Shown: piece after piece, positions 37,185-45,980 of the stretch
Layout: every line of letters starts with the position of its first letter
How positions within the stretch are numbered: position 1 is the stretch's first letter
Source: an uncultured delta proteobacterium
GTDB lineage: Bacteria > Desulfobacterota > Binatia > Binatales > Binataceae
Reading direction: 5' to 3'
Assembly (NCBI GenBank): GCA_963724765.1
Contig: CAVRVY010000002.1
Location: 96,001-160,000, forward strand
Length of the DNA: 64,000 nt
The notes under the pieces: generated by a model
The model's database searches: none
Told to the model about the DNA's origin: nothing
Seen by the model: only the letters and a program-made list of their open reading frames with translations
Translations under genes and position numbers: made by a program

Positions 37185-38351
37185 ATGCTGAGCTTAAGAG
37201 GCCGCGCCGGATGCGGTCGGACAGCGACAGCGGTGGTGGCGATGCTCGCGGCTTTCCTGTTCACCGCAGCCGGCCCGGCGGCGGCACAACAGCACGGGTA
37301 CGTTCCGCCGCCTCAACCGCTCAACAATGGCCAGGGCGGCTCGGTACTTGAATTGCCGACGACGCCGCGCAGCCAGCAGGGCGGTAACGACGCGCTCACG
37401 ATGCCCCAGCTCAGTCCGCAACCAGGCCAGGAACTGGAACTACCCTCGCGCGCGCTACGCAATCAGTCAGGCTACGAACAGGTGACGGTCACAGTGACCG
37501 ACCAGAACGGCCGCTACGTGACCGGCCTGCAGAAGGGTGACTTCCGCATCTACGTGGACGGTACGCAACGGCCGCTGGAGTTCCTGCGCCAGGACCTCAA
37601 CACGCCGGTGTCGGTGGGAATTCTGGCCGATACCTCGGGCAGCATGGAGCCCAAGCTCCAGCAGTTGCGCGCCGCGATTTCGCAATTCATCGACAATCTC
37701 AACTCGCAGGACGACGTGTTCCTGTTCGCGTTTTCCAACCGTCCGTTCCTGCTCCAGCCATTCACCACCAACCATTTCCTGGTCAGGAGCCGGCTCGCGC
37801 TGCTGCACGCCTATGGCCAGACCGCGCTGTTCGACACCATCATGGACGGCCTGATCATGGTAAGGCACGGGCGCTACGATAAAAAAGCGCTGCTGGTCGT
37901 GACCGACGGGATGGATAACGCGAGCCAGGCGACATTGCAGCAGGTGGTCGGGCAGGCGCGGCGGATGGGCGTGCTGATCTATTCAATCGGAATCGGCGAC
38001 CCGAACTCGGGCGGAATGGGAATCGCGATCGGGCCGTTCATGTTCGGCGGCGACATGGACCACGTCGATACGCAGACGCTTACCGAGCTGTCCAACGAGA
38101 CCGGCGCGCGCACCTTCGTGGTGCGCGAGGTCGGCGACGGTGAGGCGCTGCGCGAGGATTGCGCGGCGATCAGCAATGAGCTGCGCGAGCAGTATACGGC
38201 CGGCTTCGTGGCGTCCGACCCCTCGCGCCCCGGCTATCGCAGCCTGCGCGTCGACGTGCCGGGCCGTCCGGAGCTTGCGGTGCGCGTGCGCAAGGGCGTA
38301 ACGGTGGGTGGCGCGGGCACCGAGTACGCCGGGCCTGAGGGCGGCCCGTAG
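37185..38351 (+). CDS. Secreted VWA-domain protein
   Basis: Signal peptide; VTVTDQNGRYVTGL; MIDAS DTSGS, TALFD, TDGMD; ELREQY. Confidence 0.88.
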   Translation: MLSLRGRAGCGRTATAVVAMLAAFLFTAAGPAAAQQHGYVPPPQPLNNGQGGSVLELPTTPRSQQGGNDALTMPQLSPQPGQELELPSRALRNQSGYEQVTVTVTDQNGRYVTGLQKGDFRIYVDGTQRPLEFLRQDLNTPVSVGILADTSGSMEPKLQQLRAAISQFIDNLNSQDDVFLFAFSNRPFLLQPFTTNHFLVRSRLALLHAYGQTALFDTIMDGLIMVRHGRYDKKALLVVTDGMDNASQATLQQVVGQARRMGVLIYSIGIGDPNSGGMGIAIGPFMFGGDMDHVDTQTLTELSNETGARTFVVREVGDGEALREDCAAISNELREQYTAGFVASDPSRPGYRSLRVDVPGRPELAVRVRKGVTVGGAGTEYAGPEGGP

Positions 38352-38393
38352 GGCTCCGCCGTCAAGGCCGGGGCAGGGTACTCTGGCAACTGC

Positions 38394-38438
38394 GCAGCGG
38401 GGGACGCGTCCATCGGACGCGTCCCCTGCTGCTTTTTT
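38394..38438 (+). terminator. Intrinsic terminator
   Basis: GCAGCGGGGGACGCGTCC-atc-GGACGCGTCCCCTGCTGC-TTTTTT. Confidence 0.8.
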
Positions 38439-38489
38439 GGTGAGCGCAGGCGGGGCCAGGCCTGGCTCGGATCGCTAGACAGCCCGTTC

Positions 38490-40217
38490 TTATGGATGTT
38501 CCTCATAGGCGCCGATCGACCACGCTGAGCCCTGGGGCCGCGGAGTGCCGTCTTTGTCGACGGAGAATGAACTTATCGTGGTGCCGGAATTAGCGATGCC
38601 TGAAATCGCCGAACAGCCGCTGGGACTGCCATTTGCAAAACACAGATGGTAGTTGGCGCCGGCTCCGGTGTCGTCACCGCTGCTGACAAAGCCTGGAGCG
38701 ATGCTCGAGCTGGTGGGACAAGTACAGGAGCCGCAATAATTGCCCACCTCGCCAGAGCGCATGGTCGCATTGTTCGTTTTCCAGGTGGGAACGGTGCCGT
38801 TGTAGCAACTGATTGGGCCGTCGCCGCCGGCGCCGACATCGAATATCTCATTATTTTCGAATACCTCGTTACTAAACGTTGCACCGTATATGAATGCTTC
38901 CTGTGAAATATGATCTATGGTGTTGTTGTAATAGCTATTCCCGGATTGTGGACTGCCATCGAGCTGAAGCCCCTGATTCAGATTTGCGAATACATTGTTG
39001 CGAAACGTGTTGCCCGTCACCGTGCCTTGGAATGAACCCATTTCGACGCCCCAGGTAGTCCAGGGAGCGGTGTCTGAATCGCTACAACTGTTGCTGTCGA
39101 ACAGGGTATTTACCAGTCCGCCGGAAGCCGTGCCATTGTCCCAGGTCTGGAAGCAGTCGGTATGCGCCTCATTCACGTCGATTGGGTTGGCGACGGTGCC
39201 GTGCGGAAGATCGTGCAGATTGTTGTGGGCGATAACGTGATTGCGCCCAAAGACCCGAATCCAGTCGGCATCGTCGGCAGGGTCTCCGGTGGGGAGCAGA
39301 TCGGGAGCCTGGCACACGGAAAATATTCCACCCACTAGCTGGGGTCTTTGCTGCGTATACGAGACATCGTTGTTGGTAGCGGTCGTACCGGTGCCATCTA
39401 TGTTCATGCCTGCCATCTGCGCGCGCACGATAGTGTTGCTGTCGAGAGTGATGTTGTCACCAACGGTACTCTCCTCGTAAATTCCTTCATGACAAAGATC
39501 GTGGACGTAAGAGCCAGTCACGGTATCGTCATGCGAAGTGCCGGAGATATACACACCGTACCCGTCCGGCGTCGTCGACTCCTGATGGGTCAATTCAAGA
39601 TTCTGAACGTCGATATAGTTCGAGCTATTCAGTTGCACCCCTTGCAATACGGCGGTCTGGCCCGTCGTGCTCCTCAAAGTGATATGGCAACCGGTCTCGC
39701 CCGATTTCCCGTTGAAGATTGCGATCTCTGCATATGTGCCAGCATTTACGGAAATTGTGTCACCTGCGGATGACATTGAAATCGCTTTCGCCACCGTCTT
39801 GTAGGGGGCCTGCGCGCTGCCGTTCCCTGTCGTATCGCTCCCGCCCAAATCTACATAAAGCGACTCGTTTGATGCGCAATTTGGTGTAGGGGTAGCCGCA
39901 GGCGTTGAGGTAGCCACAGGCGTTGGGGTAGCCACAGGCGTCCGCGTAGCCGCGGCGGTCGGAGTACTTGCAGGCGTGTGTGTGACCGCGGGCGTCTGGG
40001 TAGCAGCAGAAGATGGGGCTGGGGTGGCCTTCGGCTTTCGTGTGGGCGTCGGTGTCGGTGTAGGCTTTTCAGAACGCGACCGCACCAACAGTATCGGCGG
40101 ATAATTAGAGATGGACTGCGCCCAAACCTGGCGGACAGGAATGGCAGTGAACAGGAGCGCGCAGAGCGTTACGGTTGCGCCGAAAAGACGAGCTGCGAAA
40201 CCAAAAAATCCCTTCAT
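38490..40217 (-). CDS. Secreted right-handed beta-helix protein with Pro/Thr linker
   Basis: Signal peptide; PTPT linker; GSDTTGNGSAQAPYKT; Asn ladders; C-terminal DKDGTPRPQGSAWSIGAYE. Confidence 0.8.
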   Translation of the reverse strand: MKGFFGFAARLFGATVTLCALLFTAIPVRQVWAQSISNYPPILLVRSRSEKPTPTPTPTRKPKATPAPSSAATQTPAVTHTPASTPTAAATRTPVATPTPVATSTPAATPTPNCASNESLYVDLGGSDTTGNGSAQAPYKTVAKAISMSSAGDTISVNAGTYAEIAIFNGKSGETGCHITLRSTTGQTAVLQGVQLNSSNYIDVQNLELTHQESTTPDGYGVYISGTSHDDTVTGSYVHDLCHEGIYEESTVGDNITLDSNTIVRAQMAGMNIDGTGTTATNNDVSYTQQRPQLVGGIFSVCQAPDLLPTGDPADDADWIRVFGRNHVIAHNNLHDLPHGTVANPIDVNEAHTDCFQTWDNGTASGGLVNTLFDSNSCSDSDTAPWTTWGVEMGSFQGTVTGNTFRNNVFANLNQGLQLDGSPQSGNSYYNNTIDHISQEAFIYGATFSNEVFENNEIFDVGAGGDGPISCYNGTVPTWKTNNATMRSGEVGNYCGSCTCPTSSSIAPGFVSSGDDTGAGANYHLCFANGSPSGCSAISGIANSGTTISSFSVDKDGTPRPQGSAWSIGAYEEHP

Positions 40218-40432
40218 CGATCTCCCCCCCGAGAGAAAGTCTTAGACGCGCGCAGTTCTTCATCAGGACCGCGTTCGCGCGTCGAAAATGTCGGCGACCG
40301 GCAGAAGTGGCCGGCCATTTTCGAGGGACCTGACCAAACAAGATGAGGCGGCCGCAGCAGGTGCGACCCGCAACCGGTGGGCTGAGCGAGATCCCTCCCC
40401 CCGAAAGATCTGTTCAGCTATGAATTGTAAGA

Positions 40433-40461
40433 ATTTTAGGCAGTGCGGAATGAGGTGTCAA
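40433..40461 (-). promoter_or_regulatory. sigma70 promoter for the beta-helix gene
   Basis: Minus strand TTGACA-17 bp-TAAAAT with an AT-rich upstream tract. Confidence 0.7.
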
Positions 40462-40631
40462 GCAAGTTACTATAATTAACCAGTTGTTCTTAGTCAATTT
40501 TGATTTTTTGGAACGTATATTTGGTTAATTTGACGTTAATTCACGTTCCTTTAAACTTTGCGAAGAAAATCCTTTTGCGTAATGGCCTTTCTGCGGCGTG
40601 CGGACGCATCGTCCTGCGGCAATCTCAGTCG

Positions 40632-41129
40632 CTATGGCACCATCACTCGCGGCAGATCGAGCACGGGCGTGGCGATGCCGGCCTGCGAGAGCATCGCGTG
40701 GACCTGGCCGCGATGGTGCGTCTCGTGATTGAAAAGATGCGCCAGCAGCATCCTTACCGGATTACGATATGACCTGCCTTCGTTGCTGACGTAGGCGATC
40801 TCGCAGTCGAGGAATCCTTCGCTCAGCCCGGCGGCGAACCGCTCGATCCGCTCATCCTCGCGCACCCGCGCCGCGCGAAGCTCATCGAAATCGTCGTACA
40901 GGATCGTGTCGAGCTGCGCCGACGACGCGACGCCTCCCTCGAACCGGGTCATCCAGTTTCGGTCGCCAACCATGATGTGGTTGAGGGTGCCGTGAATACT
41001 TTTGAAAAAGGCCTGCCGATTCTTTTTGCGCTCGGCGTCGGAGAGCCGGGCGCAGCAGTCGTACAACCGTTCGTTGGCGAGCCGGTTGTAGCGCGCCATC
41101 ATCTGGAAATGCTCAATCAGAGGGTGCAT
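40632..41129 (-). CDS. DinB family protein
   Basis: FFKSIHGTLNH, HLFNHETHHRGQ. Confidence 0.92.
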   Translation of the reverse strand: MHPLIEHFQMMARYNRLANERLYDCCARLSDAERKKNRQAFFKSIHGTLNHIMVGDRNWMTRFEGGVASSAQLDTILYDDFDELRAARVREDERIERFAAGLSEGFLDCEIAYVSNEGRSYRNPVRMLLAHLFNHETHHRGQVHAMLSQAGIATPVLDLPRVMVP

Positions 41130-41140
41130 CGCGACCCGCG

Positions 41141-41866
41141 CTACTCGTCTTCCGCTTCTGTCGGCGAATCAGCCGACGGCTTTACCGGGAAGGGCGCGAC
41201 GAACGTGCGTCCGATGTCAGGAAGCATATTGACGAACTTGATCTCGGCGAAGTCGCCCGCGACCTGAACTGCCGAGAGCGCCGCGTTGTCGACCCGGATG
41301 CGGCGGAAGTGGCGCAATTCCATCGCCATGAAGTGGCACAGCACGGTGCGGATGATATCGCCGTGGGAGACGAACAGGACGCGCTGTCCGTCGCCTTCGG
41401 CGAGCGTGCGCATCACCGCCTCGACGCCACGCGTCTGGACCTCGACGATACTTTCGCCGCCGGGCGTCGAACTCAGGATTGGCTCCTCCCGATAGCGCAG
41501 GTAATCCTCATCGACGATCAGTTCCTGGTAGTTCATGCCCTCCCAGCGCCCGTACTGGACCTCCGCGATTTGCGGGTTTTCGTGAATCGGCACGCTGCCG
41601 CCGAGGCCGGCCGCGATTATCTCGGCCGACTGGCGCGCCCGCACCAGCGGACTGGTCACGATAAGATCGGGCTTGAGAGCGCGCACGAAGTCGACCAATT
41701 GAGCGACCTGCGCGCGGCCGTGGCGGTCGAGTTCGACCGGGTTGCGGCCCATCACGCGGCCCTCGCGATTCCATGGCGTTTCGCCATGGCGCATCAGGAG
41801 CGCGACGCCGCGCACGCCGCCGGATTGTTTGAGTTTTTCCACCACGTAAAACGGCCCCAGTGCCAT
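41141..41866 (-). CDS. Histidine phosphatase family protein
   Basis: RHGETPWN, SPLVRA, VSHG; start uncertain. Confidence 0.88.
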   Translation of the reverse strand: MALGPFYVVEKLKQSGGVRGVALLMRHGETPWNREGRVMGRNPVELDRHGRAQVAQLVDFVRALKPDLIVTSPLVRARQSAEIIAAGLGGSVPIHENPQIAEVQYGRWEGMNYQELIVDEDYLRYREEPILSSTPGGESIVEVQTRGVEAVMRTLAEGDGQRVLFVSHGDIIRTVLCHFMAMELRHFRRIRVDNAALSAVQVAGDFAEIKFVNMLPDIGRTFVAPFPVKPSADSPTEAEDE

Positions 41867-42017
41867 ACTTCCCCGCCCGCGCTGCGCTAAAACGTTTGGC
41901 GGGCGCCCCTTTGAAGCGGCACCCGCCAACATTTAACCCGAAGTACGGTAAGGAAACGAGAGCGCAGGGTCCGGGAGAATCCCGGTGGACCGCTAAACGG
42001 GACCGATTCGCGAGATC

Positions 42018-43247
42018 TTAGCGTCCAGCGGCAGGGGCCGCTTCGGCATGCCCGTTGGCCGCCGCGCCCGCGCTCGGCGCGGCCGCAAGGCCGCAGAAGG
42101 CTTCGTAGTCGATTAGCCCGGTCTGCGTCGGATGGTCGCTGCAGACGGGGCACTTCGGATCGCGCTTGATTTTGAGCACGCGCACGTAATCCTTCGACAG
42201 CGTGTCGAAATAGACCATCCGTCCGATCAGCGGCTCGCCCGCGCCCAGGATTAGTTTGATCGCCTCGAGCGCCTCGATCGAGCCGATTATCCCCGGCAGC
42301 GCACCCAACACGCCCGCCTCGGCGCACGACGGCGCCATGTCCGGCGGCGCCGGCTCCGGGTACAGGCATCGGTAGCAGGGTCCGCCCGCGGCGGGGTGGA
42401 AGACCGTGGCGTTGCCCTCGAAGCGGAAGATCGCGCCATCGACCAGCGGCTTGTGCGCCAACACGCAGGCGTCGTTGATCAGGTAGCGCGTGGGGAAATT
42501 GTCGCCGCAGTTAACCACGACGTCGTAATTTTTGATGATGTCCATCACGTTGTCCGAGGTGAGCCGGACCTCGTGGCGGTTGACCTTGATGCCGGGGTTG
42601 ATCGCGTTGATCGATTTCTGCGCCGACTCAGTCTTGAGCATCCCGACCCGGTCGGTCGTATGGATTATCTGGCGCTGCAGGTTGGAGAGATCGACCACGT
42701 CGAAGTCCACCAGTCCGAGCGTGCCCACGCCCGCCGCCGCCAGATAGAGCGAGGAGGACGAACCCAGCGCGCCCGCGCCGAGCAGCAGCACCTTGGCGTC
42801 GAGCAGCTTGGCCTGCCCCTTCTCGCCGACCTCCGGAATCACGAAGTGACGTGAGTACCGCGCAAGCTCGTCGGCAGTGAATTGGCGGTCGGCCGTCCAC
42901 GGCAGGCCGCGGTCCTTCCAGGCGTTGAAGCCGCCGGTCAGGTTGTACACGTTCTCGTAGCCCATCTCGCGCAGCGACCGCGCCGCGAGCAGCGAGCGCG
43001 TGCCCGAGGCGCATTGCAGGATGACCGGCGCTTTGTGATCCGGCACCTTCTCTTCGACCCGCAGTTCCAGGAAGCCGCGTGGGATTCCGATCGCCTGCGG
43101 AATATGCCCCTGGCGCCATTCATCGCCCTCGCGGACGTCGAGCAGCACCGTGCCCGGCTTTTCGAGCATCCTGCGCGCCTCGTCTATATCGATCGATTTA
43201 ATCTGGGCGCGCGCCTCATCGAGAATATTCTTTGAAGTCTTGGCCAT
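42018..43247 (-). CDS. moeB: Rhodanese plus MoeB/ThiF adenylyltransferase
   Basis: N-terminal rhodanese (CASGTRS); RYSRH, GAGALG, SNLQRQ, CYRC, CPVC. Confidence 0.9.
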   Translation of the reverse strand: MAKTSKNILDEARAQIKSIDIDEARRMLEKPGTVLLDVREGDEWRQGHIPQAIGIPRGFLELRVEEKVPDHKAPVILQCASGTRSLLAARSLREMGYENVYNLTGGFNAWKDRGLPWTADRQFTADELARYSRHFVIPEVGEKGQAKLLDAKVLLLGAGALGSSSSLYLAAAGVGTLGLVDFDVVDLSNLQRQIIHTTDRVGMLKTESAQKSINAINPGIKVNRHEVRLTSDNVMDIIKNYDVVVNCGDNFPTRYLINDACVLAHKPLVDGAIFRFEGNATVFHPAAGGPCYRCLYPEPAPPDMAPSCAEAGVLGALPGIIGSIEALEAIKLILGAGEPLIGRMVYFDTLSKDYVRVLKIKRDPKCPVCSDHPTQTGLIDYEAFCGLAAAPSAGAAANGHAEAAPAAGR

Positions 43248-43363
43248 AGTTTTGGACCGTGTCGGCTGGAATTCAGTCCTTAGATTACATCATTTGTCAT
43301 CTATTGAAGCCAGAGCCAAAAATAACCATCATTTCGGCCCTGTCGATACCCTCCGGGCGCCTC

Positions 43364-43852
43364 TCAGCCGCCGAGCATCCGATGCGATTCGAGGATCGAG
43401 CGCACGAAATCGAGCACGCGCTGGGCGTGGCCGCGCGGCGTGACCTCATGGAAGGCTCGCGCCACGCGCTGGTCCGCGTTGAGCACGAAGGTCGAACGCG
43501 CGGCGACCCCGCCACGGAACACGCCAAAGGCGCTCGCCAGCTCGCCCTTGGGATCCGAGAGCAGCGTAAAGGGGAAGGCGTGCTTTTCAGCGAACGCGCG
43601 ATGGGATTCCACCGAATCGACGCTGACGCCGACGACCACACACTTGAGCCCCGCGAACGCTTCATCAAGGTCGCGGAACTCCTTGCCCTCGACCGTGCAT
43701 CCGGGCGTGTCGTCGGCCGGGTAGAAATAAACCACGAGGCTCTTTCCGCGAAACTCCGCCAGCCGGCGCTCTTTGCCATGCTGATCGCGGAGCGCGATCT
43801 GCGCCGCCGCGCCCGGGTCGTCGCCCGCGCGCAAGCCCTCAGTGGACGGCAT
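43364..43852 (-). CDS. bcp: BCP/PrxQ peroxiredoxin
   Basis: YFYPADDTPGCTVE. Confidence 0.88.
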   Translation of the reverse strand: MPSTEGLRAGDDPGAAAQIALRDQHGKERRLAEFRGKSLVVYFYPADDTPGCTVEGKEFRDLDEAFAGLKCVVVGVSVDSVESHRAFAEKHAFPFTLLSDPKGELASAFGVFRGGVAARSTFVLNADQRVARAFHEVTPRGHAQRVLDFVRSILESHRMLGG

Positions 43853-45149
43853 GAGTCTCGGCCTCGCTGAGCGCGCGGCGGGCGGCGAACTTGATCGCGG
43901 CGTTGTCGATATTCACCGAGCACAGCGATCCGCACATGCTGCACACGTTGGAGCCCGAGGCCTCGCTCTCTTCCTTGTAACGGCGCGCCTTGTCGGGATC
44001 CATCGCCATCGCGTACATGCCCTCCCAGTTAAGGGCCTTGCGATAGCGCGACATCTGGTCGTTCCAAACTTTGGCCGCGCGCACGCCCTTGACGAGATCG
44101 CCCGAGTGCGCGGCGATTCGGGTCGCGATCACGCCCTCGCGCACGTCGTCGATATCGGGCAGGCGCAGATGCTCGGCCGGAGTGACGTAGCACAGGAAGT
44201 CGGTGCCGGCGGCGGAGGCTATTGCGCCGCCGATTGCGCCCGTGATGTGGTCGTAGCCGGGGGCGACGTCGCAGGTCAGCGGGCCCAGCACGTAGAACGG
44301 CGCGCCGCCGCAGATGCGCTTTTCGAGCTGCACGTTGGCCTCGATCTGGTCGAGCGGTACGTGGCCCGGCCCCTCGATCATCACCTGCACGCCCAAGTTG
44401 CGCGCGCGCTCGGTCAGTTCGCCGAGCACTAGCAATTCGGCTATCTGGCCGCGATCGGTGGCGTCGCCGGTGGCGCCCGGACGCAGTCCGTCGCCGAGCG
44501 AAATCGTCACGTCATGCTCGCGCAGGATCGCGCAGACCTCGTCGAAGTGCTCGTAGAGCGGGTTCTCGCGCCCCGTGCGTTCCATCCAGGCCGCGAGCAG
44601 CGCACCGCCACGCGACACGATACCCTCGATCCGCTGATGCTGACGCAGGCGGGCGACGCTCTCGCGCGTCACCCCGCAGTGCAGCGTCATGTAGTCGACG
44701 CCCTGGCACGCCTGGCGCTCGATCACTTCGAGAAAGAACTCGCGCTCAAGCTCCATGATCGAGTGCTCGGAGGCGACCTGGTAAATCGGCACCGTGCCGA
44801 GGATGACAGTGCATCGCGAGAGCAACTCGGCGCGAATCTTGTCGAGATCGGTGCCGGTCGAGAGGTCCATCACCGAATCCGCGCCGAAGCGCACCGCGGT
44901 GTAAAGCTTCTCGACCTCTTCGTCGAGCAGCTGATGAAAGTTCGAAGCGCCGATATTGGCGTTGACCTTGGTGCGCAACCGTTTGCCGATTCCGATCGCG
45001 CGGAAGTCGTGATGGACGTTGTGCGGGATGACCGCCTCGCCGCTGGCGACGAGTCCGCGGATTTCCTCGGGCGCGAGGCCCTCGTCCTCGGCGACTTCGA
45101 TCATCTGCGGGGTGACGATCCCTTTGCGCGCGGCTTCAATCTGGGTCAT
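43839..45149 (-). CDS. thiC: Phosphomethylpyrimidine synthase ThiC (short form)
   Basis: TKVNANIG, MDLSTG, GIVSRGG, EGPGHVP, YVTPAEHL, CSMCGSLC. Confidence 0.88.
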   Translation of the reverse strand: MTQIEAARKGIVTPQMIEVAEDEGLAPEEIRGLVASGEAVIPHNVHHDFRAIGIGKRLRTKVNANIGASNFHQLLDEEVEKLYTAVRFGADSVMDLSTGTDLDKIRAELLSRCTVILGTVPIYQVASEHSIMELEREFFLEVIERQACQGVDYMTLHCGVTRESVARLRQHQRIEGIVSRGGALLAAWMERTGRENPLYEHFDEVCAILREHDVTISLGDGLRPGATGDATDRGQIAELLVLGELTERARNLGVQVMIEGPGHVPLDQIEANVQLEKRICGGAPFYVLGPLTCDVAPGYDHITGAIGGAIASAAGTDFLCYVTPAEHLRLPDIDDVREGVIATRIAAHSGDLVKGVRAAKVWNDQMSRYRKALNWEGMYAMAMDPDKARRYKEESEASGSNVCSMCGSLCSVNIDNAAIKFAARRALSEAETHAVH

Positions 45150-45357
45150 GTCGGGCATACCTCGGGTGAAACGTTCCAAAGACTACTTATACTCCATGTG
45201 GACGCCGTTCGTCACGGGCCGGCGAATCGGCTTAGGGCAAATCGGCTGCAGGCAATCAGCTGCAGGATAGATCGAAGTCAAGTCCGCGGCACTGCGATCG
45301 CTCGGCGGGCAGTGCGCAACCTCGAACGGCCACTATAGGTGGGGGCCGGAATCGTGG

Positions 45358-45918
45358 TCAAGTTGAGCGCTGGAGGAACTCCGTCTCCTCAGCAGTCGAG
45401 GCGCGGCCCAGGACGGCGTTGCGATGCGGAAAGCGGCCGAAGCGGCGGATCAATCCGATGTGCTGTTCGGCGTACTGGACGTACCCGGCCATCGCGGGAT
45501 GCTCCGCGGCGAGCTTGTGAAAGAGCCTGACCGATTCCTTCTGATCGTCGAGATTTTCGCTGTGCTGAAACGGGAGATAGATGAAGGGCCGCTGGACCGG
45601 CGGCAGCGCGAGGTCGAATCCGCGCGCGCCCGCGTCTTTCGCCGTCGCGAGCGCCTTTGGATCGGTGGCAAAGGCGCGCGGAGCGCCGCGGAAGATGTTG
45701 CGGGGAAACTGGTCGAGCAGAAGGACCAGCGCGAGCGTACTCGACGGCTCCTCCTTCCAGCGATCGAGTTCGCCGCCGGCTGCGCGTTCATGATCGGTCA
45801 TAAAACCGGCTCTGCAGGCCTGGTCGAAGGCGGCGTCCTGCGCGAACCATCGCCGCTCGCGCGCCGGGTCGGAGCCGTCGCCGAACCAGAACTCGAGAAT
45901 TTCGTTGACGCGTTCCAT
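45358..45918 (-). CDS. DUF924 family protein
   Basis: ILEFWF, LDQFPRN, YLPFQHSE, RFGRFPHRN. Confidence 0.92.
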   Translation of the reverse strand: MERVNEILEFWFGDGSDPARERRWFAQDAAFDQACRAGFMTDHERAAGGELDRWKEEPSSTLALVLLLDQFPRNIFRGAPRAFATDPKALATAKDAGARGFDLALPPVQRPFIYLPFQHSENLDDQKESVRLFHKLAAEHPAMAGYVQYAEQHIGLIRRFGRFPHRNAVLGRASTAEETEFLQRST

Positions 45919-45980
45919 CGAAAGCTTGCTGGCAACACAAAACCGATCGGTTCGAACTATCTAGTTGGCTCTATACCGCC

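Noticed and set aside
40360-40374. Fifth copy of the enhancer palindrome (GGTGC-N5-GCAAC)
   Set aside because: One mismatch, wrong spacer length and no sigma54 box downstream.
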